A stretch of DNA of 63,363 bases, the filler included, from Octopus bimaculoides (Eukaryota), in NCBI RefSeq assembly GCF_001194135.2. It is 10 parts of 9 records of this genome, joined end to end, with 100 filler letters (N's around TTAATTAATTAA, not from the genome) between each part and the next. Parts side by side here need not be neighbours in the genome. Positions count along the whole stretch, not along the records: positions 24,547 to 39,753 come from NC_069006.1; positions 39,854 to 48,243 come from NC_068985.1; 8 more parts are not named here. One strand, 5' to 3'. The position numbers were made by a program, and so were the translations under genes. The notes under the pieces were generated by a model. The model saw nothing but the letters and a program-made list of their open reading frames with translations. It was not told the origin of the DNA and ran no database searches. This document shows positions 26,592-40,928 of this stretch, one piece after another (the stretch's first letter is position 1; each line of letters starts with the position of its first letter).

Positions 26592-26980
26592 CATCTATAT
26601 GTATATATATATATATATGTGTGTATACATATATATANNNNNNNNNNNNNNNNNNNNNNNNNNNNNNNNNNNNNNNNNNNNNNNNNNNNNNNNNNNNNNN
26701 NNNNNNNNNNNNNNNNNNNNNNNNNNNNNNNNNNNNNNNNNNNNNNNNNNNNNNNNNNNNNNNNNNNNNNNNNNNNNNNNNNNNNNNNNNNNNNNNNNNN
26801 NNNNNNNNNNNNNNNNNNNNNNNNNNNNNNNNNNNNNNNNNNNNNNNNNNNNNNNNNNNNNNNNNNNNNNNNNNNNNNNNNNNNNNNNNNNNNNNNNNNN
26901 NNNNNNNNNNNNNNNNNNNNNNNNNNNNNNNNNNNNNNNNNNNNNNNNNNNNNNNNNNNNNNNNNNNNNNNNNNNNNNNN

Positions 26981-27063
<83 letters not shown>

Positions 27064-27967
27064 CACACACGTACCTATATATATATACATATATGTATGT
27101 GTTTGTGTGCGTATGCGGTATATATATGTGCCAGTGTGTGTGCCTGTGTGTATGTCTGTATGCATTGATTAGTTTTCCTTACATCTGAAAGCTTAGATAT
27201 ATTGCTTGCTAAGCTATTTCCACTAATATAGATCGTTATACAATATTGTTAAGATTTTACACAGATGTGAAAGGCCACGCAGGTTTCATTTTTGAGGCTC
27301 CAGCCTTCTTCAATCAATATAATTTCTATTTTTTCTTAATTAATTTTTTCCTTTGTTTTTGTAAGATTCTTGATGTGAAGTGTATTGGAACATATTTTGT
27401 TGTGTCTCGGGAAGGTCATTATGCCAATGATAAACCGGCACAAGTCCTATTTCACTTCTTTTTTTTTTGTCAATTTGTTAATCATTTGACCAATTAATTA
27501 ATCTACCATTTGATTAATCAGTCTTTCAATCGATCAGCTAGGTTTGGAAAATCCTTTTGAAGTCATTGGTGACCTCTTCAATGACATCGCACTCACAACT
27601 ACATATCTATCAGATCTGGTTAACTTAATTACTAATAACAATTAAAGAAGTTAAATAAAACCAGTACGTGTGTTTATTATAGGCATAATGACCCTCCCAA
27701 TATACAATGGGTTTTTTTCTCATTTCACTGATATCCATTCTATCTGCCAACAGACAAAGACGAAATCAAATTTCACACATCAAATGATATTGATTTTTTT
27801 TCAAAAATTAGAACACGCGGCAAAAGTATTTTAAGAAAATGGAGTAACAGTCCATTAAATTAATTTACTCTTCCATTGCACGCTTTCTTTTATCAACCTT
27901 AATTGTAGGACGAAAAGTAATGTTGATTTCCTGATTATAATAACATACATTAATATAGAGGTCATTC

Positions 27968-28300
27968 TAAAGGCAGCTTCGTAGCAGAATCGTTAGCACA
28001 CCGAATAAGCAATGTTTAGAAGCAGTTTGTCCGTCTTTACGTTGTGAGTTCAATTTTCGCCGGGGCCGATTTTTTATTTTACCTTTCGGGGTCAATAAAA
28101 TACCAACCAGTTAAGAACTGGAGTCGATATAATCACACCGAGTAAAATGCTCAGCGGCTGTTTGTCCGTCTTTACTCTGTGAGTTCAAATTTAACCGAGT
28201 CCGAATTTGTATTTTACCCTTCGGTGCCGATAAAATTACTACTTGAGTACTAGGGTCGATATAATTGCTGGCTTTGTTTCAACATTTGAAACTAATATGT
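27968..28300 (+). mobile_element. Two tandem partial SINE family A copies
   Basis: GCAGAATCGTTAGCAC...GAGTTCAATTTT...; the head-to-centre segment repeats from ~28135. Confidence 0.7.
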
Positions 28301-28727
28301 AAGTCACCATAATATTGATTTGAATGTATTAAGGATTTGAATTATGTCACCGATTTTGTTCCATAGTTGAGTTCCAGTTCAGGAAAGGCTTCGTTGGTAT
28401 CGATTGATAGTCTAGCCTCAAAAACTCTTGACCGATCTGCTGTTTAAATTAATATCAGATATGTTAAATATTTCGTTGATGTCAATGATTTCGTCCCATA
28501 GTATATAAGTTGTTTAAACCGTAACACTCCAACTTACTTGATGACAAGCAGAGTAATAATAATAATAATGATAACAAGAGCACTGAGAGAGCGCAAACCT
28601 CCGCCAAGACAACACCAACATCCTCTCAATGATTGGCCGGAGATGACTTTTAGAATGAGAATATCTAAAAGAAACTCGACTGCCCCCACAAACGAGAATA
28701 CCAAAAATGAACCCGACCGCTCTCAAT

Positions 28728-28811
28728 ATCAAGGAATCTAGCACCCCCATTCAGCTCAAAACAATATCTAGATATTGTTTTGAGTTGAGTGGGGGTGCTA
28801 GATTCCTTGAT
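28728..28811. repeat. 84-bp zero-spacer palindrome
   Basis: 42-bp arms centred at 28769/28770 with two mismatches, both G-U compatible on the + strand. Confidence 0.92.
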
Positions 28812-29431
28812 CGAAAATATAAGGACACAGATCGTATCGTATAGCCATTCGTCCTAAACCAGGACAACCATGTTATGCTGGCAAACAATCTTTACTCCAA
28901 AGTACTGTTGCTGAATATCTCGCGTTGTGAGATTTACAAATGTCTCATCTAGTTTGCAATAATGGTGACACTAAATTAAGCAGAGCATGCGCATATCTGC
29001 AGATAAATTCCTCAAATATGAGATGTGTATGGTGTCAAGGACCACAAAATATGTTGTTTCTTAACACCTAATTGTATAAAGGACATTTCTATCATCATCA
29101 TGAAAATAGTGGAAGTTGCTCAAGTTAGATGACACTTAAATCTTGACTTTTGTTTACACTTCTGTAGTTGTATTTACTTTAAATGACATTGGAAAACTGT
29201 TTTCAAAGTTATGCTATGCTCCCTACATGGGTTTGCATTTGATGAAGTCAACTCTATTCTTAGAAATGGTGACAATACCAGAAATGTTGAAGAACGGTCA
29301 TCTAAGTTTGTGGAAAACCCTAACGTGATAGAGCAAAATGGATGACATTTTTGAAATCAGCATCCCAGAATTCGTAGGAAACACGTTTCTAGCATCAGGC
29401 AGCAACAACCGTGTTCCCCAGTGTTATTTTA

Positions 29432-29530
29432 AGGTGGCGAGCTGGAAGAATCGTGAGCAGGCTGGAAGAAATGCTTAGTGGTATTTCACCTGTCGCTACG
29501 TTCTGAGTTCAAATCCCACCGAGGTGCAGC
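29432..29530 (+). mobile_element. SINE family A head
   Basis: GGTGGCGAGCTGGAAGAATCG...GAGTTCAAATCCC. Confidence 0.7.
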
Positions 29531-30429
29531 TCCTTTACCGAAGTGGATTCAGACAAATTTATCCTCGTTTAACTGCATATTGTTTGTTCGCCCAATGAAT
29601 AACAGCGAGCAGACGACCATCGTGGGCTTAGGAGTCATCTGTGAAAATTATGTGTTGCTCTGTTTGATGATGTCAGTGACGTCATTCATGTAAATAATGA
29701 AGAGCAGTGGACCAAAACACAGTGTCTTGTATGTCCCAAATAATAACTTTCGTTATAGCTTGAACGTATACCATTGATCACCACATGGTGAGTACCGTTC
29801 GCCACTACACATTCAATCCGCGTTATTAGTCTCCCTCGGGCTTCAATATAGGATTGTTCCTTTTTAAGTAGATACATCTCCATATATATATATATATATA
29901 TANNNNNNNNNNNNNNNNNNNNNNNNNNNNNNNNNNNNNNNNNNNNNNNNNNNNNNNNNNNNNNNNNNNNNNNNNNNNNNNNNNNNNNNNNNNNNNNNNN
30001 NNNNNNNNNNNNNNNNNNNNNNNNNNNNNNNNNNNNNNNNNNNNNNNNNNNNNNNNNNNNNNNNNNNNNNNNNNNNNNNNNNNNNNNNNNNNNNNNNNNN
30101 NNNNNNNNNNNNNNNNNNNNNNNNNNTATATATATATACACATACATATACACACATATACATACACATACACACATATACATACACATACACACACATA
30201 CACACACACAGGCATAGATACACAATGTCAAAATTATTTTAACCTTCCGATTCATCAACAGACGGTAATCCTAAACTCCCTAGAGATTATATAACATTAT
30301 AACATTACAGGAATATAAAATGCTGCCGAAATCAAATGAAGGCTCTCTAATCTAATCGATCATTGATGATACTAACCACACAGGAGGAGTGGGGGAGACA
30401 GAATACCGATCGAGATCATCGACAGAAAT

Positions 30430-30464
<35 letters not shown>

Positions 30465-30657
30465 GTTCGAGCCAGGAGTAGACCTGTTATAGGCTTACCA
30501 ATTCCTTTATATTTTTGCCATTGCGCTCAACCATTCCTGTCTGTTTCACTTGAGATCTACTTCATCATTTTTTTTTCTGTATTCTTCCTGTAGTCGTTAT
30601 CTGGTTTCTTCTTCTTCTCCCCTTCATGAGGCTAACATAATCGCTTACTGAATTATA

Positions 30658-30752
<95 letters not shown>

Positions 30753-30871
30753 GTAATTGTAGATTACTACTACCACTGCCACAAGCACCACTACTACTGA
30801 TACTACCATCAGCACTATTACTGCTACTACTGCTACCACCACCGCCACTGCCACCACCGCTGCTACTACTG

Positions 30872-30902
<31 letters not shown>

Positions 30903-30904
<2 letters not shown>

Positions 30905-31100
30905 AGCCTGAAGTTTTGGGGGAGAGGACTAGACGATTACATCGATCTCAGAATTTCATTGGTACTTGATTCATCGACCCCCCAAAAGGTTGAAAGTCAA
31001 AGTCGATCTCGGTGGAGTTTGAACGCAGAACGTACCGACGGACGAACTACCACCGCTAAGCATTTCGTCCAGCGTGCTAACGACTCTGCCAACTCGCCGT
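30903..31100 (-). mobile_element. SINE family A copy with a (TAG)n tail
   Basis: Reverse complement of family A; abuts the (CTA)n array on the + strand. Confidence 0.75.
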
Positions 31101-31209
31101 CGTAGTACTAATATTAATAATACAACCCCTCTGCCAAATGCCGCCACAATCATCGCAACTGGTAGCGATGGTGGCGATTAATATGATACTGTCACTAATC
31201 AGAACTAAA

Positions 31210-31293
<84 letters not shown>

Positions 31294-31762
31294 NNNNNNN
31301 NNNNNNNNNNNNNNNNNNNNNNNNNNNNNNNNNNNNNNNNNNNNNNNNNNNNNNNNNNNNNNNNNNNNNNNNNNNNNNNNNNNNNNNNNNNNNNNNNNNN
31401 NNNNNNNNNNNNNNNNNNNNNNNNNNNNNNNNNNNNNNNNNNNNNNNNNNNNNNNNNNNNNNNNNNNNNNNNNNNNNNNNNNNNNNNNNNNNNNNNNNNN
31501 NNNNNNNNNNNNNNNNNNNNNNNNNNNNNNNNNNNNNNNNNNNNNNNNNNNNNNNNNNNNNNNNNNNNNNNNNNNNNNNNNNNNNNNNNNNNNNNNNNNN
31601 NNNNNNNNNNNNNNNNNNNNNNNNNNNNNNNNNNNNNNNNNNNNNNNNNNNNNNNNNNNNNNNNNNNNNNNNNNNNNNNNNNNNNNNNNNNNNNNNNNNN
31701 NNNNNNNNNNNNNNNNNNNNNNNNNNNNNNNNNNNNNNNNNNNNNNNNNNNNNNNNNNNNNN

Positions 31763-31795
<33 letters not shown>

Positions 31796-32007
31796 GTATG
31801 TATATGTATATATATATAGATGTATGCATATATGTATGTGTTGTGTATAATATATGCATATTCATATACATACATACATAGTATATATTTACATGTATAT
31901 TTCTGCGCGCGCGCGCGCGCGCGTGTGTGTGCGTGCGTATGAGCGTTGATGAACAAAAGATCGTTAGGATACGGTGAAACTTAATAATGTTTTCATTCTT
32001 TTTTCAG

Positions 32008-32087
32008 AAAATTTGACGACACATTATAAAGATGGCGCCGGCTGATGAGCAACGGCCGATCAACACTGAAGACCTTCTTGCAAATAG
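32008..32087 (+). CDS. Candidate first coding exon of an unidentified host gene (ATG at 32032; MAPADEQRPINTEDLLAN, then a phase-2 intron)
   Basis: Pyrimidine tract TTTTCATTCTTTTTTCAG acceptor, strong start context AAGATGG, donor AG/GTGTGT; unique sequence amid microsatellites; protein not recognised. Confidence 0.4.
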
Positions 32088-32375
32088 GTGTGTGTGTATG
32101 TGTGTGTGCGTGTATAGATGTGTGTGAGAGGGCTGTGAGAACGCGTGTATCTGTGTGTGTTTGTATCTGTTACTTTTCTTATACGTGTATTACTATGTAC
32201 GTATGCACGTAAGTCAATATGTATTATACTTGCGTATCACAAAGACGTTTAAACGAACGATCTCGGAATTAATATACTCACATATTAATATATGTGCATA
32301 TATGCATATTCGTATACATTCGTTTTGCGGTATATACGCAGTGTTCATGTCTGCGTACAACATGCATATTTCTGA

Positions 32376-32406
<31 letters not shown>

Positions 32407-33558
32407 NNNNNNNNNNNNNNNNNNNNNNNNNNNNNNNNNNNNNNNNNNNNNNNNNNNNNNNNNNNNNNNNNNNNNNNNNNNNNNNNNNNNNNNNNNNNNN
32501 NNNNNNNNNNNNNNNNNNNNNNNNNNNNNNNNNNNNNNNNNNNNNNNNNNNNNNNNNNNNNNNNNNNNNNNNNNNNNNNNNNNNNNNNNNNNNNNNNNNN
32601 NNNNNNNNNNNNNNNNNNNNNNNNNNNNNNNNNNNNNNNNNNNNNNNNNNNNNNNNNNNNNNNNNNNNNNNNNNNNNNNNNNNNNNNNNNNNNNNNNNNN
32701 NNNNNNNNNNNNNNNNNNNNNNNNNNNNNNNNNNNNNNNNNNNNNNNNNNNNNNNNNNNNNNNNNNNNNNNNNNNNNNNNNNNNNNNNNNNNNNNNNNNN
32801 NNNNNNNNNNNNNNNNNNNNNNNNNNNNNNNNNNNNNNNNNNNNNNNNNNNNNNNNNNNNNNNNNNNNNNNNNNNNNNNNNNNNNNNNNNNNNNNNNNNN
32901 NNNNNNNNNNNNNNNNNNNNNNNNNNNNNNNNNNNNNNNNNNNNNNNNNNNNNNNNNNNNNNNNNNNNNNNNNNNNNNNNNNNNNNNNNNNNNNNNNNNN
33001 NNNNNNNNNNNNNNNNNNNNNNNNNNNNNNNNNNNNNNNNNNNNNNNNNNNNNNNNNNNNNNNNNNNNNNNNNNNNNNNNNNNNNNNNNNNNNNNNNNNN
33101 NNNNNNNNNNNNNNNNNNNNNNNNNNNNNNNNNNNNNNNNNNNNNNNNNNNNNNNNNNNNNNNNNNNNNNNNNNNNNNNNNNNNNNNNNNNNNNNNNNNN
33201 NNNNNNNNNNNNNNNNNNNNNNNNNNNNNNNNNNNNNNNNNNNNNNTATATATATAGACAAATATCTGTATGTGTATGTATATGCTTGTATTTAAGTACA
33301 TACACACACAAATACACACATATGCACACTCAAACAAACACACAGGCATACATATATATATATATATATATATACATACATACGTACAAGCACATATTTA
33401 TGTAAGTATATACAATAGACATAAATATATATATATATGCGCAATTGAAAATATATGTATATAATATATATATATATATCTATATATCAATAGAGTTATA
33501 TTATATATATATGTATATCTGCATCGCATATATATATAAATATTTATATATATGCCAG

Positions 33559-33591
<33 letters not shown>

Positions 33592-33615
33592 ACACATGTA
33601 TAAATATATATATAT

Positions 33616-33686
<71 letters not shown>

Positions 33687-34022
33687 TATATGCTGTGGCC
33701 TCATTAATATTGTTATCCGCGACTTTCGTAATTGACTTGCGCTGAAATTGTTCAACCAATTTATCAATTCTTGCCGCTACAGCATTTAGTTCTGAGAGGA
33801 AACCTCTTCTGAATGAAGGCGCATGGTGCGTACGTGTGCTTGGCCAGTGTTTGAATGTGTGTGTGTTTGTGTGTATGGGTGGGTGGGGGTCGTAGATGTG
33901 CGTGTCCAGTTTTTTGTGAGAAACTGTATATGCGTGCCTGGGTGCTAGCTCCGTACTGTACTTTGCGTACGTATACGATTGCAATTACGTGTAAACGTTT
34001 ATCAAAGAGGGAGATTCAAGCT

Positions 34023-34070
<48 letters not shown>

Positions 34071-34796
34071 TTATATTCATATATATAAATATATATATAT
34101 ATACATACATATACGCACCCACACAAACGTTTATACATATAAATGCACATACATACACACATACGTACGTACGTACGTACATGCATACATACAGATCTAC
34201 ATACACACACACTCACGTACTTATAAATAGTCATCCATCCATCNNNNNNNNNNACACACTCACGTACTTATAAATAGTCATCCATCCATCCATACATCCA
34301 TACATACATACATACATACGTACATACATACGTACATACATACATACATAGATACACACATACATACATGCATGCATCCATGCATACATACACGCCTACC
34401 GTTGGCTTTTAAAAGTGAGATGTTTGAAAGAATGCAGTTTAAAATAAATTTGCTTATCTGACTCTTTCTCACTCTCCCTCCCTGCCACCATCACCACCAC
34501 CACCACCACCATTATCACCATCAACCCCACCGTCACCGCCAATATATAAACAACGTAAATAGCTTTAAAGATCTCTGTTCATAAATCAAATAATCTCGAT
34601 CGAGGATCTTCCAAATGTTCTCTTTAACAGCTTCCAAAATAGTCTCGTTCTCCTGCTTTTTTATATATATATATATATTTATTCGTGAGGTGGCGGGGGG
34701 TGTCTTGAAAGTGTGGTGAGGAGCTGCTTATTTGTTTGTTTGTTTTTTTTTACTTTGTTTTTGGGGGTTTTCTTCGTTTCCGTTAGGTTTTTTTTA

Positions 34797-34861
34797 ATTA
34801 CTTTTTTTGTTGTTCTCTGTATTTTCGCGTTGATACTTCCCTCCTCGTGCCTCTGATTATC

Positions 34862-34914
<53 letters not shown>

Positions 34915-34919
34915 CAACA

Positions 34920-34968
<49 letters not shown>

Positions 34969-35091
34969 TATTATTGATGTTGTTGTTGTTGTTATTGTTG
35001 CTCCTATTTTCATTTTTATTTCAAGATATTGGGATCCCTCCATTTGTTTCCCTTCTTTATTCTTTATCACTATTATTATTATTATTATTAT

Positions 35092-35190
<99 letters not shown>
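34797..35190. repeat. Compound (ATT)n/(GTT)n/(AGT)n microsatellite
   Basis: Read directly from the sequence. Confidence 0.95.
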
Positions 35191-35191
35191 A

Positions 35192-35420
35192 AAGGTAGCG
35201 AGATAGCAGAATGGTTAGTGTACCGGACACATTTCTTAGCGGCATTTCGTCCGTCTTTACATTTTTTTGCTCGAATTCCGCTGAATTCCACTTTGCCCTT
35301 CATCCTTTTGGTGATGGGGGGGGGAGGTCGATGAAATAAGTACCAGTAACACACTGGGGTCAATGTAATCGATTGTACCACTTCCTCCTCAAGTTTTCTT
35401 CCAGTGTCAAGAACTACTTT
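35192..35420 (+). mobile_element. SINE family A copy
   Basis: GGTAGCGAGATAGCAGAATGGTTAG...GCCCTTCATCCTTTTGG...AAATAAGTACCAGT. Confidence 0.7.
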
Positions 35421-35954
35421 TGCCGCATCAGGCTGAATGTCCAATCAGCTACACTAAATCATAAACATCGAAACCAGCACCAAATCATTTTATTCTGGTA
35501 AAATAAGCGGTACTTAGTTGCTATTTCTAGCAGATTAAAATAACCGCAACAGCATTCCTACACCGGCTAGACTTCCAGGGATATACTAGTGTAAAGTTAG
35601 AGAAAGATATCATGCATAGTTTCGTATAAAGTTATCACCTTTAGTTAGTACAGCTGCCAACATTGTTGCTTTTAATGGCCTCTAGGCTATTAAATAGCTC
35701 AGAGAAATCCAAGACACGGAGATTATGCCTGGTGTTAGGTTCTCGTTCCGAAATTGCCGAAGGAATTTTGGATATGCCGGAGAGATTCCTAAAAGCAATT
35801 CCGGTGTCAGGGATTGTGTCGGGAGAGAGATAAATGATCTTCTGTTATAATTAGGAGTTATTTTGGTCGTGACGCGCAAATATATGCACTTAGACAAACA
35901 CGAACACGGTAGCACGTACACGCAGTTATTTGTGCGTATGTGTGCATATGTGTG

Positions 35955-35998
<44 letters not shown>

Positions 35999-36021
35999 TG
36001 TTATGTATGAATATGTATATG

Positions 36022-36072
<51 letters not shown>

Positions 36073-37211
36073 NNNNNNNNNNNNNNNNNNNNNNNNNNNN
36101 NNNNNNNNNNNNNNNNNNNNNNNNNNNNNNNNNNNNNNNNNNNNNNNNNNNNNNNNNNNNNNNNNNNNNNNNNNNNNNNNNNNNNNNNNNNNNNNNNNNN
36201 NNNNNNNNNNNNNNNNNNNNNNNNNNNNNNNNNNNNNNNNNNNNNNNNNNNNNNNNNNNNNNNNNNNNNNNNNNNNNNNNNNNNNNNNNNNNNNNNNNNN
36301 NNNNNNNNNNNNNNNNNNNNNNNNNNNNNNNNNNNNNNNNNNNNNNNNNNNNNNNNNNNNNNNNNNNNNNNNNNNNNNNNNNNNNNNNNNNNNNNNNNNN
36401 NNNNNNNNNNNNNNNNNNNNNNNNNNNNNNNNNNNNNNNNNNNNNNNNNNNNNNNNNNNNNNNNNNNNNNNNNNNNNNNNNNNNNNNNNNNNNNNNNNNN
36501 NNNNNNNNNNNNNNNNNNNNNNNNNNNNNNNNNNNNNNNNNNNNNNNNNNNNNNNNNNNNNNNNNNNNNNNNNNNNNNNNNNNNNNNNNNNNNNNNNNNN
36601 NNNNNNNNNNNNNNNNNNNNNNNNNNNNNNNNNNNNNNNNNNNNNNNNNNNNNNNNNNNNNNNNNNNNNNNNNNNNNNNNNNNNNNNNNNNNNNNNNNNN
36701 NNNNNNNNNNNNNNNNNNNNNNNNNNNNNNNNNNNNNNNNNNNNNNNNNNNNNNNNNNNNNNNNNNNNNNNNNNNNNNNNNNNNNNNNNNNNNNNNNNNN
36801 NNNNNNNNNNNNNNNNNNNNNNNNNNNNNNNNNNNNNNNNNNNNNNNNNNNNNNNNNNNNNNNNNNNNNNNNNNNNNNNNNNNNNNNNNNNNNNNNNNNN
36901 NNNNNNNNNNNNNNNNNNNNNNNNNNNNNNNNNNNNNNNNNNNNNNNNNNNNNNNNNNNNNNNNNNNNNNNNATATATATATATATATATATATACATAT
37001 ATATCCACACATATATATACATATATATATATAGATACATATACGCATTTACTCACACATCAATATTTACACACAATAAACACATTCATACATACGTATA
37101 TATGTTTGTGTGAGAATGCGTGTGTGTGTGTGTGTGCATTTATTTATATGCTCATCAACAGGTACATTTGTAATCGTGAGTGTATGTGCGCGTGTATAGA
37201 ATTATAGTATT

Positions 37212-37256
<45 letters not shown>

Positions 37257-37266
37257 NNNNNNNNNN

Positions 37267-37297
<31 letters not shown>

Positions 37298-37599
37298 TTA
37301 TATACACACACACATACATAGACATATATACACATATACATAGACTTATATATGTGTGCGTGTATGTATGCATGTATATACGCATTTATATCTGTATGTA
37401 CATACATATACACATGCATTTCTCACGTGTGTATATGAGAATAGGTAAGCATGTCTCTGCGTGTATGTTGCAAACGTTAAGTGAAAGGAAATCACAATTC
37501 CTTTCTCGCTGTTGCTCTTCTGGTTTTTAATGTTGTTGTTGATGTTGTTCTTGCTGTTGTTGATTTTCTTTGCTATTCACAATATTATAGTTATCTTCG

Positions 37600-37960
37600 T
37601 CGACCTCGTCGTCGTCGTCGTCTTCATCGGCTTTGTTGTTTCTACCCACCATCTCTGCCACCACCACTACCACAACCAACACCACCCCCGTTCTCAACAC
37701 CAACACCACCGCCGCCGCCGCCACCATCACCACAATCACTTCCAACACCAATAGCACCTCACCGCCACCACCACAGACTACAACAACACTAGCACCACCG
37801 CCACCACCGTCGCCAACACCACAATCACTACCAACACCAGCACCAGCACTAGCACCACCATCACCATCACCACCATACCACTACCGTCACACCATCCTCA
37901 ACACCACCAAAACCAACATCAACACCACCTACACGAACATCACCTCACTTTCCTCCATTC
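37600..37960. repeat. Low-complexity (CCA/CAC/CAA)n tract
   Basis: Imperfect trinucleotide repeats that give Pro/Thr/His-rich pseudo-ORFs. Confidence 0.85.
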
Positions 37961-38361
37961 CTCTCACCTCACATCCAAGCCCATCTTTCTACTATACAAA
38001 GTACTTTTGTTTTTATTTTTAAAATCGAGAAAGCATCCTTTTAAACTGCTAAACACGTATTAACGTTAAAGAATTAATATGTATTCTATTGATTTGCGTG
38101 TTAAACGCAACAGAAAAACACACGAAAACTAAAAATAAAGTTAAAAGTAAAAGCAAAAGAAAAAATTTAATAAATTAAAAATTCCCTTAACTAAAACAAA
38201 ATGGAATGAAATTCCTCTGCCTTTCTGAGCAGGCTTTAATCTCATTCAAAGGTATCGCCATAGATACGAGAGATATACCTGCTATTTCGGTCCGCTTCGG
38301 TTCTTTTCGGATTGTTTTATTTAGTTGTTCGTTTGTTGTTCTTTTCCTTAGTGTTTGTTGC

Positions 38362-38392
<31 letters not shown>

Positions 38393-38690
38393 GTTGCAGT
38401 TACGTGGTAAGTATAGGGCTCTTTCGTTTTGCTTTCACTTCTTCTTCTGTCGTCGTCATTGTTGCTGTTGTTGTCGGTGTTGTTACAATGGATGGATATC
38501 TGTTAACAGTTTTCCAATCGCTTCTATTTCAGATATACATATTAAGAACATGCGCACACGCAACGAATTCATTTGCATATACGCATTATACACATGCATA
38601 TTTAAGGTACATGCCTATCGGCGTATGTATATTGTTATATGTGCATCTAAGTAAATACCATACCATATACACACATACATATATATATAC

Positions 38691-38727
<37 letters not shown>

Positions 38728-38967
38728 NNNNNNNNNNNNNNNNNNNNNNNNNNNNNNNNNNNNNNNNNNNNNNNNNNNNNNNNNNNNNNNNNNNNNNNNN
38801 NNNNNNNNNNNNNNNNNNNNNNNNNNNNNNNNNNNNNNNNNNNNNNNNNNNNNNNNNNNNNNNNNNNNNNNNNNNNNNNNNNNNNNNNNNNNNNNNNNNN
38901 NNNNNNNNNNNNNNNNNNNNNNNNNNNNNNNNNNNNNNNNNNNNNNNNNNNNNNNNNNNNNNNNNNN

Positions 38968-39001
<34 letters not shown>

Positions 39002-39307
39002 ACATACATACGCTCACCTATATATATAGACACACATTCATATACATACATATATATATGTATTTACATAGTTGTCATATATGCATATATTTGCATATAA
39101 ATATGTATGTTGGCTTATATAAATAAAAATATATAAACATGCAGTGCAAACCGATATAAATCTTATACAATCAGAGTATTTCGGTTCAAAAAATTGCAAT
39201 TTGTAGATTCGGCATAACATATACATTTGCATGAATACCTGCGACTTACACTACCTTACATATTTATCTATCTCCATCCATCTATTTATCTAACTACATA
39301 TATATGT

Positions 39308-39640
39308 CCCTGGGCAAGTGTCTTCTAATATAGCCTTGGGCTAACCAAAGCCTTATGACTGGATTTGGTAGGCGGAAACTGAAAGAAGCCCGTCATAGAT
39401 ATGTATAAACACACATATGCATATATATATATATATATGTACGTACGTATGCATGTATTTGCGTTTGTGCCCCCACCATCGCTTGACAGCCTATGCTGGT
39501 GTGTTTATGTCCCCGTAACTAACAGTTCGGCAAAAGTGACTGATAGAATAAGTACTAGGCGATTTGATCGACTAAAGGCGGTGCTCTAGCATGGCCGCAG
39601 TGAAATGACTGAAACAAGTAAAAGAATAAAAGTATAAAAG
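39308..39640 (+). mobile_element. SINE family B, 5'-truncated
   Basis: Starts at CCTGGGCAAGTGTCTTCT; the remainder is collinear with family B. Confidence 0.8.
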
Positions 39641-39712
39641 AATATATGCATGTATGTATGTCTGTATATACGTATGTATGTATCTACATGTTTATATGTA
39701 TATGTATATATA

Positions 39713-39753
<41 letters not shown>

Positions 39754-39852
39754 NNNNNNNNNNNNNNNNNNNNNNNNNNNNNNNNNNNNNNNNNNNNTTA
39801 ATTAATTAANNNNNNNNNNNNNNNNNNNNNNNNNNNNNNNNNNNNNNNNNNN

Positions 39853-40925
39853 NGAGACCCACACTGACTTTGCACAGAGAATGAATCTCTCAATGCTGGA
39901 GATGTAAGAATGTGACATTTTCCAGGGTTACTCTCTGTCACCACTGTCAAAGGAATAGGTAAAAGGAATATCTACGTGAATTCCAAATACAACAAATTGC
40001 AGAATTAGACTACTAGAGACAAGCACAGAAGAAGCTAAGCGAAAAAAAAAATAGGTGCTACAACTACTGCCTTAGATATTCCTACTGATAAATGACAAGA
40101 AAAACCTCTCAATAAAGGGAACTAATAATACCGATGTTGACATAGCACTTACACATCAATGGTTAGTGCCTCCTGGCTTAAAATCAGAAACAGAAGGGTT
40201 TATCATAGCAGCCGAAGATCAATGCCTACCTACAAGAATCTACCAAGCCAACATATTAAAAAACGGCTGTAGCCCAACATGTCGTGTATGTCAACAACAA
40301 AATGAAACTATTGATCATGTTGTCTCTATGTGCAGTCTTCTTGCGCCTATTGAGTATCTCAACAGGCATGATAGAGCTGCACAATATATTCACTGGGTAA
40401 TTTGCAAAAACCTGGACTTGCCCCATAATAAAAACTGGTGGAAACACAAACCACCTCCAGTGCTTAAAAATGATCACATCTCACTCCTCTGGAACTTCAC
40501 CATTCAAACTGACAGAAAGATTGGTGAGAAGAGGTCAGACATTAAATTGAAAGACTTCAGACAAAAACCATGCCTCCTCATTGATATGACTGTCCCAATC
40601 AACATAAATGTACCTGTCAAGACTTACCAAAAACTGAGCAAATATAAAGATCTTCAAATAGAAATTGGCAACATGTGTAACATCAAGACTAAACAATACC
40701 TGTTGTCATAGAGGCTGATTTTTACATAGCTCAGATACCAGGAAACCCCAAAATGGTAGAAATTCAAAAGATAATGCACATGGGAACTGGCCATATCCTA
40801 CGTAAAATACTATGTAATCTCAAATTTTAAAAGAAACTTATAATTTTTGTATGTTTTCTTAAACATTCTCTAGAACAATACTATGTGCAAACCAAATACA
40901 TGACACCCCAGGTATAACACCAACT
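39853..40925 (+). mobile_element. R4/Dong-type non-LTR retrotransposon 3' part (CCHC zinc knuckle plus RLE), subfamily 2
   Basis: LKSETEGFIIAAEDQ, CRVC..ETIDHVVSMC, RHDRAAQYIHW, LLWNFTIQTDR, LLIDMTVP, KLSKYKDL. Confidence 0.9.
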
Positions 40926-40928
40926 TTC

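Noticed and set aside
27550-27590. Minus-strand TTGAAGA-GGTCA..TGACT, resembling the 7091 family
   Set aside because: The core, GAAA and stem I are all defective; too degenerate to call.
29209-29343. Short + strand frame LHGFAFDEVNSILRNGDN...
   Set aside because: About 44 codons with no recognisable family or clear splice sites; expected by chance.
32043-32075. CTGATGA and CTGAAGA heptamers as hammerhead cores
   Set aside because: No stem II followed by GAAA; they fit the reading frame of the candidate exon.
34204-34290. Direct repeat of ~40 bp
   Set aside because: It flanks a 10-N gap; the same overlap artefact.
37633-38022. Pro/Thr-rich 129-aa ORF resembling an extensin or mucin
   Set aside because: Imperfect CCA/CAC microsatellite; all frames give low-complexity peptides and there are no splice signals.
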